DNA of 62,793 nucleotides, counting the filler, from Atractiella rhizophila (Eukaryota): NCBI GenBank assembly GCA_021432655.1. It is 3 parts of 3 records of this genome, joined end to end, with 100 filler letters (N's around TTAATTAATTAA, not from the genome) between each part and the next. Parts side by side here need not be neighbours in the genome. Positions count along the whole stretch, not along the records: positions 29,775 to 59,431 come from MU271719.1; positions 59,532 to 62,793 come from MU271817.1; 1 more part is not named here. One strand, 5' to 3'. The notes beneath the pieces are model-generated. The model was not told the DNA's origin, did not search any database, and saw nothing but the letters and a program-made list of their open reading frames with translations. Made by a program: the position numbers and the translations under genes. Each line of letters begins with the position of its first letter. The first letter of the stretch is position 1. Shown here piece by piece: positions 57,041 to 62,793 of this stretch.

Positions 57041-58585
57041 TCAAACCAGAGAAGAAGCCCAAGTACCCAAATCTACGAGTTCTGTCGAAGATGTGAGAAT
57101 CCATTTCGAAGACTAGTCATTGAATCAATCATCTTTCAGAGCGTACGATCCATCATGCTTACCATCAACTCTTTCGGCGTCGGTCGCTTGTCAACTTGTT
57201 TTTGGAGGCATTGGTCGACAAAAGATACTGCATTTTTGGAAAAACTCTCTTGTGGTAAACGTGGCGAAGGTTCACTGTCACAGGATAAGCGAAGAACAAT
57301 TGATGATGACGACGAGAGCACGAACTTCACAATCAGCATCATCATCTCGAACGGAGCGAGACCACCATTCGGCATACCCAATCGTGCAGGACGAAGGGAG
57401 TTGCGTCTCGCTTCAGAAGCAGGTGTAAGGGTACTCTCTGGCGGAGGTTCGTCGGTATAGAAAGGAAATCTAGCCAAACCAATCTCCACCAAAGTAATTC
57501 CTAATGACCATGTGTCCCCTCGAGTTGAATACTTGCTGCCCTGCAATCGCTCTGGTGACATATAAATTTGTGTCTGGGAGGTGGTAAGTAGCAACTCTAG
57601 GAACGAGAATAAAGAACTGACCCCCACAAACGTGTCCACAATGGAATTAAATGCAGCCTCTCCTGATACCCCAAAGTCGCAAAGTTTGATTGCACCAGCA
57701 GAGTTCAGAAGGATATTGGAAGGTTTAACATCTGGAATGTGGTCAGTGTTGTACAAATCAACGGTATCCGAGATAACAAACCACGGTGGATAATTCGATG
57801 TTTTTCGTACAGATATGTGAGTCCTGAACACACGGCAACAGCAACCTTTCCTAAAACTGGCTCCAGAACAGGACCGTTCTTGCGATAGACGTTGTCAAAT
57901 GATCTGAGAAAATAGCTAAACGCTTGGCTAGCGGAGCGCTTCGAACGGCATACCCTTTGTCCATGTATTCCATTACAATAGAAATATGCGGCTCCTGAAT
58001 AAAAGCGCCAAAAAAACCAACCACATACTCCGACGAACACTCGTGCATGATGTGTAATTCGCGAAGGATTTGTCTTCGGACTGGAGGTTTGGTATCGATA
58101 TGGATGACCTAACACCGAACTAAACCGTTAGGACTATATACTAATCCCAGACGATCCTTTACCTTCTTGGCCATTATTCGTTTTGTAGGAATGTGTAGAG
58201 CTTTCGAAACAGTACCACCATTTCCGCTGCCTAGTTCTTCCAGCACCTTCAAATCCTCCCCAATTCTGAGGTCTAGTTTGAACTCGATTCCAATCTCAAG
58301 CGTTGCCATAGATTCTGAAAGTTTGTGTTGAGAAACACTAGAGGCGGAGGAAGGTGCGGACGAGGGACAAGATGACGATGGATCGGATATTGAAGTTTGA
58401 GCGGACGACGAGGAGTCCTCCGACGGTTTGAGCTTCTGGGACGTGATCTGAAAAGTGCCTTTGGAGTCGGTTTGCGTTACAACCACGGCACCTGGTTTTG
58501 CGGTCTGAGGGGACAATTGGAGCTGTTTCATGTTCCTCTTCTTCTTTGGTGGCACTGGAGAGCCAGGTGTAGTTGGTTGCTGCAT
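57041..58585 (-). CDS. STE7: MAP kinase kinase, Ste7/Fuz7/Byr1 type
   Basis: Docking motif KKKRNMKQLQL, ELGSGNGGTVSK, MAKK, QILRELHIMHEC, HR|DVKPSNILLN, LCDFGVSG, S-x3-T loop NSIVDTFVG, YMSPERLQG. Confidence 0.92.
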
Positions 58586-59226
58586 TTTGATGCTCTGTGA
58601 TGAACACACGGTCTCTGAAGTGCGCGGCGTAGCTGGACTGGTGCAGGAAAATCTCTGTCGGGTTTCTTGTATGTGGGTGTGAATCTGACCTTGCACAGAT
58701 TAGCAAAGATCCTACTACGCAAAATATTTCTGACGAGCAATGCAATATCGAAAGAGAATCGTTAGTCCTTGAAGGCGTTCTTACAGCCACACAAAGAAAG
58801 GCTAACATGACATGGCCTAAGTTCTCAACGCCACCACAAAGGGCAGTATGAACAAGACAATAGCATTTGGATGAATTATGAGAGCGGGAGCTGCACGTCA
58901 TGGCATACTCGCACGGTGGTGACGAGTGCCTGCTGGGACAATGAGCAGGTGATGCTGCCTTCGTACAGAGCCTGAAGAGTGAAAGCATCAAATGCGCTAA
59001 GGAATAGAATACTGACCTTGCTCTGGTCGAATCCGCCGCTTGACGATAGTCAACCAATCACTTCTGACTTCTGTTGAGTGTTGGGTGGATCGATCGCAGT
59101 TTACTTCAGTGGTCAAACTGGGTCAGCTGGGTCAAACTTTACAAACAACCTTTATTATCCAGCAGCAATTCTTCGACTTAATAAAATATTAACCTCACCC
59201 ATATTTCTCTTTCGACCACATTCACC

Positions 59227-59431
59227 ATGTTCCGTCATTTCTCACGTCAGGTCCGCATTTTTCGCTGTCGTAACTCAGCAGCATATCTCCGCCAGAGCAT
59301 ACTTTGACTTCCCTTGAGTTAGGTCACCAGGCTACCACGTCGAGGATACGCCAGTTCCGCATCAGTTGGGACGAAGGAAAGCCCATATGATCTTGTAGTC
59401 ATCGGCGGTGGTGGGTGTTTCTTTGCCTAGC
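59227..59431 (+). CDS. 5' fragment of a mitochondrial FAD-dependent disulfide oxidoreductase, probably dihydrolipoamide dehydrogenase
   Basis: MFRHFSRQ|VTRLPRRGYASSASVGTKESPYDLVVIGG(G): presequence plus the start of a Rossmann motif; cut by the linker. Confidence 0.65.
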
Positions 59432-59531
59432 NNNNNNNNNNNNNNNNNNNNNNNNNNNNNNNNNNNNNNNNNNNNTTAATTAATTAANNNNNNNNNNNNN
59501 NNNNNNNNNNNNNNNNNNNNNNNNNNNNNNN
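59432..59531. other. Artificial contig linker N44-TTAATTAATTAA-N44
   Basis: Same 100-nt spacer as 29675-29774. Confidence 0.98.
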
Positions 59532-60120
59532 CAATGTAATTTCTATGGATGCTAGATAGGATAGTGACACATCTACTTGCACAACAGGGCACAGCATAAC
59601 ACTTTCTGGCGAGATGACGAGGTAGAATCACACCTAGAGCGGAAATTGAGCTTATCAGAATTGCCTTCGTCTTCAGGGAGGACGGCACCCTCCTTTTTTG
59701 CGCAACCAAAAGCTCAACTTCCAAATCGATGAAGGCAGTCGTTCCATCGAGTTTCATCCAAAACACGAAGAGCATACAAAGTTGGCAGCAAGAAGTTCTG
59801 CCTGAGCAGAAAGCAAAAGCAACAGGATACCCACTACTCAGTGATGACTTTCAGAACTGTAGCCAGTCACAAGATGTAAAACGACTTAAATGAGCCCAAA
59901 GATATTTCTTGTTGCTGCTCAAATCGTCATGACAGGATGTTGTCGCTCACGTCAAATAGAACAGGTCTGAATGTGGGTAGTTGTCCTCAGGTAACAGCAA
60001 CGGACATCGTCAATAATTTCTCATTATCAACGCGTCGTTCTGGCAATTTGTAAATGCAAGTATACAATTAAATGATGCGTTAACAGAGTATTTCAACAGC
60101 CGAGAATTGATACATCTCCC

Positions 60121-60435
60121 TCAAGCATTAAAGTACAAGTTTTGGAACTCCAGCGGCCACAACGTGATGCAATCACAAAGAAAGGACGCACCAGTCCTCC
60201 TTCTCTTGTTTTCCCTCACATCCAGACCCACTGGTACTTCCACACTCTTCCGTGCTCCCTTCCTCGCTTTATTCCCAGAAATCTCATTATTCATTCCATC
60301 TCTCTCCAATCCCAAGTCTGCTCCAACCACACCCTCTCCCCTTCCTTGCTCAGATTCAGCAGGATGGACAGGGCTGTCGTCCGTCTTTCTCCTCCTCTTC
60401 GCGCGTTCAGCGATGGAGAGATATTTGCTGTCCAT
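60121..60435 (-). CDS. Possible short basic hypothetical ORF/exon (MDSKYLSIAERAKRRRKTDD...)
   Basis: ATG-initiated purine-rich frame with NLS-like clusters; no domain recognised. Confidence 0.25.
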   Translation of the reverse strand: MDSKYLSIAERAKRRRKTDDSPVHPAESEQGRGEGVVGADLGLERDGMNNEISGNKARKGARKSVEVPVGLDVRENKRRRTGASFLCDCITLWPLEFQNLYFNA

Positions 60436-62793
60436 CGGAAGTGCGACTTGCTTGGGTCGCAACAAGCTAGTTCTTCAAGTTGGAAGTAAATACTAGATAT
60501 TGATATTGTCAAGAGATCCAGAGTTGATGATAGTTGGTGCAGGCTACAAAGTCGGAAGCAAAAACACCCGTCGACATACCACATTCGCTATCTATCCACC
60601 TAACTACTACCTATTTCCTAAAATCTTACCTTCAATCATCAATAATCACATACATTTGCGAGTTTCCCTTACAGTATTCTCGCCTTTAGAAGTCAAAAAA
60701 TCAAATGCTGTGCTCCCACCTGTGTGTGGTATGGAGTCTGTCTCGAAGGTGATCTTTGAATCATTAGGATACTTGCACTTCGATTTAGACCCCTGAGGAA
60801 TTCTCCACCTTTGTTATCGTTGTCGTGTAATTTGTCGTGCATAGTTTTGTCGTGCACAACTGTTGAAGTAGTCACAACAAAACGCTGGCACAACTTTCCT
60901 TTACAGCTTTAATTTACGCTCCCTTCAAGTTTCTGAGAGTGAACGGAGGGCACTTTTGTTTGCGTGAGGTCTAGATTGGCAATTTTCGTTTACAAACTGC
61001 AAGATCCTGCGAGCTCAAGTTTTTCTCGACAACATTTGTAGTCTTCACCTTAGCACTTGCAAATTCTCATGCAAAACATGGTTAGAGAATCTTTAAGACC
61101 TAAGTCTAAGAGGAGTGGGTATGCGTGTAAAGTGAATATTTATGATTCTACTAATGACGTGTAGAGACATTCAATAATTCCTTTTATACCACAACATGTC
61201 TTATCACTAAAAGACGTTTTTATATGTGTTATAGGGTTTAGAGAGAACGGGGTTAAGTTCACATTCCAGATAGGTTAGTACAAGGCTTTACAACGACACC
61301 AGTCAGTTGTTGAGCAACCTGCCATTGGACAAACTCACCTAACATCCCTCCTCTGTGCCCACGCGTTTTAGGCGTTTAAACTCAATTTCACGCGTTAAAC
61401 TGTGCCAAAAATCCAGTGCACATTGTTCTTGTGCTTTGAGCCTGGCAGTTACGGCGACGTCAACAAACTTACCGTAACTAACAAAGTCTCGCACTGCACT
61501 GAAAAGAGAAAGAAAAAGTTAAACGAATAGTGAGGGATCGTAGGAGTTGTACGGAGGATTCTTCTTTTTTGGGGGAAGAAATTGGTGGGTTCTCAATCGT
61601 TGGGGTTTTTCCCTTCCTAATACACCTACGACATCTTTAAATAACCCTCCTCCGTTCTCCTCCTATATGTCGAGCATAATTATAGAGGATTTCGAACATT
61701 TACTACCTTTAACCAGTCTCCTACCAACGCTCCGCGAAGCAATCTTAAACCGGGTTTTTCCTTCACGCGCTGGCGAAGTAGTTGTTAGTAGCACTGGCAA
61801 ACTCGTCTGAGTACTAGTAAAACAGGTTTTACTCATGAGGAGTTAGCCTCGCGACACCGACTCATTCCTCTGCACTAAAGCGAGACTCTTGAATGTCCCG
61901 AGATCCCTTCTGGATAATGCTCCAAAGGGCCGAGTAGGCGTGTTCGATCGGTAACATAAGACCCATGTTTTTCTGCGCAACAATTTCTAGATACCATTTT
62001 AAAGTTGGAATCAACAATTTTCTAGGGACTAGGGTGTGTCATGGTGCTAGTGGTTTTGAAGAAGGAGCCTGAACTACGCGTGTTGTAGGTCGCCACACGG
62101 AGGTCAATAAACAATCAACCCCTGCTGATCTTGATGCATATTTGCGTGTTCTTATAGACAGATAAACCTAGCATCGACCTCGACCACGGGAGCGCCCTAT
62201 GTACATAGCGTAGTTGTGGAAGTTTAGAAGGTGTTTAAAGAAGCAAGCGAAGCTGGATAATTGAACGTAATTGGAGAAAGAGTAACGTTACCTTGTAACG
62301 TATGGCAAGCCGATGTAAGGTTTAGTGCTAACAAGGGTTTTCCCTGAAACTGCCATCTCCCATCGTTAAGGTTCAGTAAAGCTTTCACCAGCCATATACA
62401 CTGTAACTATAAGGACAGCCAAAGAGCAAGACCATTCGGTACTTCGTTACCATCATAAAGCCATTAGAAACGAAAACGTAGTCATAAGTGGCACTAGGTA
62501 ACCTTACGACATACGTGAACTCACCCGAGGCCGCTTCCTACCCCCTCTTCCTTGCGGAAGTTAGCTTTTAGCCCTTTTAACGGTCTGCGGTACTTCCTAA
62601 ATCGTTGACTGGAGTCTCCCAATCATACGCCGGATATCCCTTCTGTCTTCTGTTTTGCTGCCATAACACCTTTCGTCAAGTGGTGAGGAGATGTTAAGTG
62701 ACTACAAATGAACAAAGTACGTCCCTGCTGGGCTCGTGCGACAGTACCTTCCTCGTCCTGGGGCTCATTTCCCATCGCTACTGACCGTTAAGT

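Noticed and set aside
19814..59431. Lipoate cluster of LIP5 plus probable LPD1
   Set aside because: The genes lie on different contigs separated by a linker.
60794..62793. RIP as the cause of the TA excess
   Set aside because: The region is not AT-rich, the AG/CT versus GA/TC bias is also inverted, and the young copia copies nearby show no such signature. Not fully excluded.

Overview
Eukaryotic DNA from a compact, intron-rich fungal genome. It is most likely a basidiomycete, inferred from short GT-AG introns and the gene content. Two artificial N44-TTAATTAATTAA-N44 linkers (29675-29774, 59432-59531) join three contigs, so adjacency across them is not biological. Contig 1 holds ordinary genes: a DHX29-like helicase, a LaeA-type methyltransferase, a 1.07-kb tandem duplication, tRNA-Arg(CCT), CHS7, a secreted protein, a CMC1-like gene, LIP5, RTP1, HapX and a PPR protein. 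Contig 2 begins with a ~21-kb transposon nest lacking recognisable host genes: a TIR-bounded pogo/Fot1 element inside an old copia relic, then ten short LTRs of two Ty1/copia families with scrambled internal segments, then a chromovirus relic. MDM34, a SIM+RING protein, FCF2, a SYLF/Ysc84 protein, a Ste7/Fuz7 MAPKK and the start of a probable LPD1 follow. The most notable signal is that both diverged LTR families share one architecture: a hairpin followed by a ~55-nt GTATGT...AG intron-like segment whose 3' end duplicates the sequence just upstream of the donor. Two LTR copies lack exactly this segment, suggesting a possible intron-regenerating LTR design. The last ~2 kb looks reversed or complemented without reverse-complementation and is probably an artefact. 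All calls are by eye; no searches were run.
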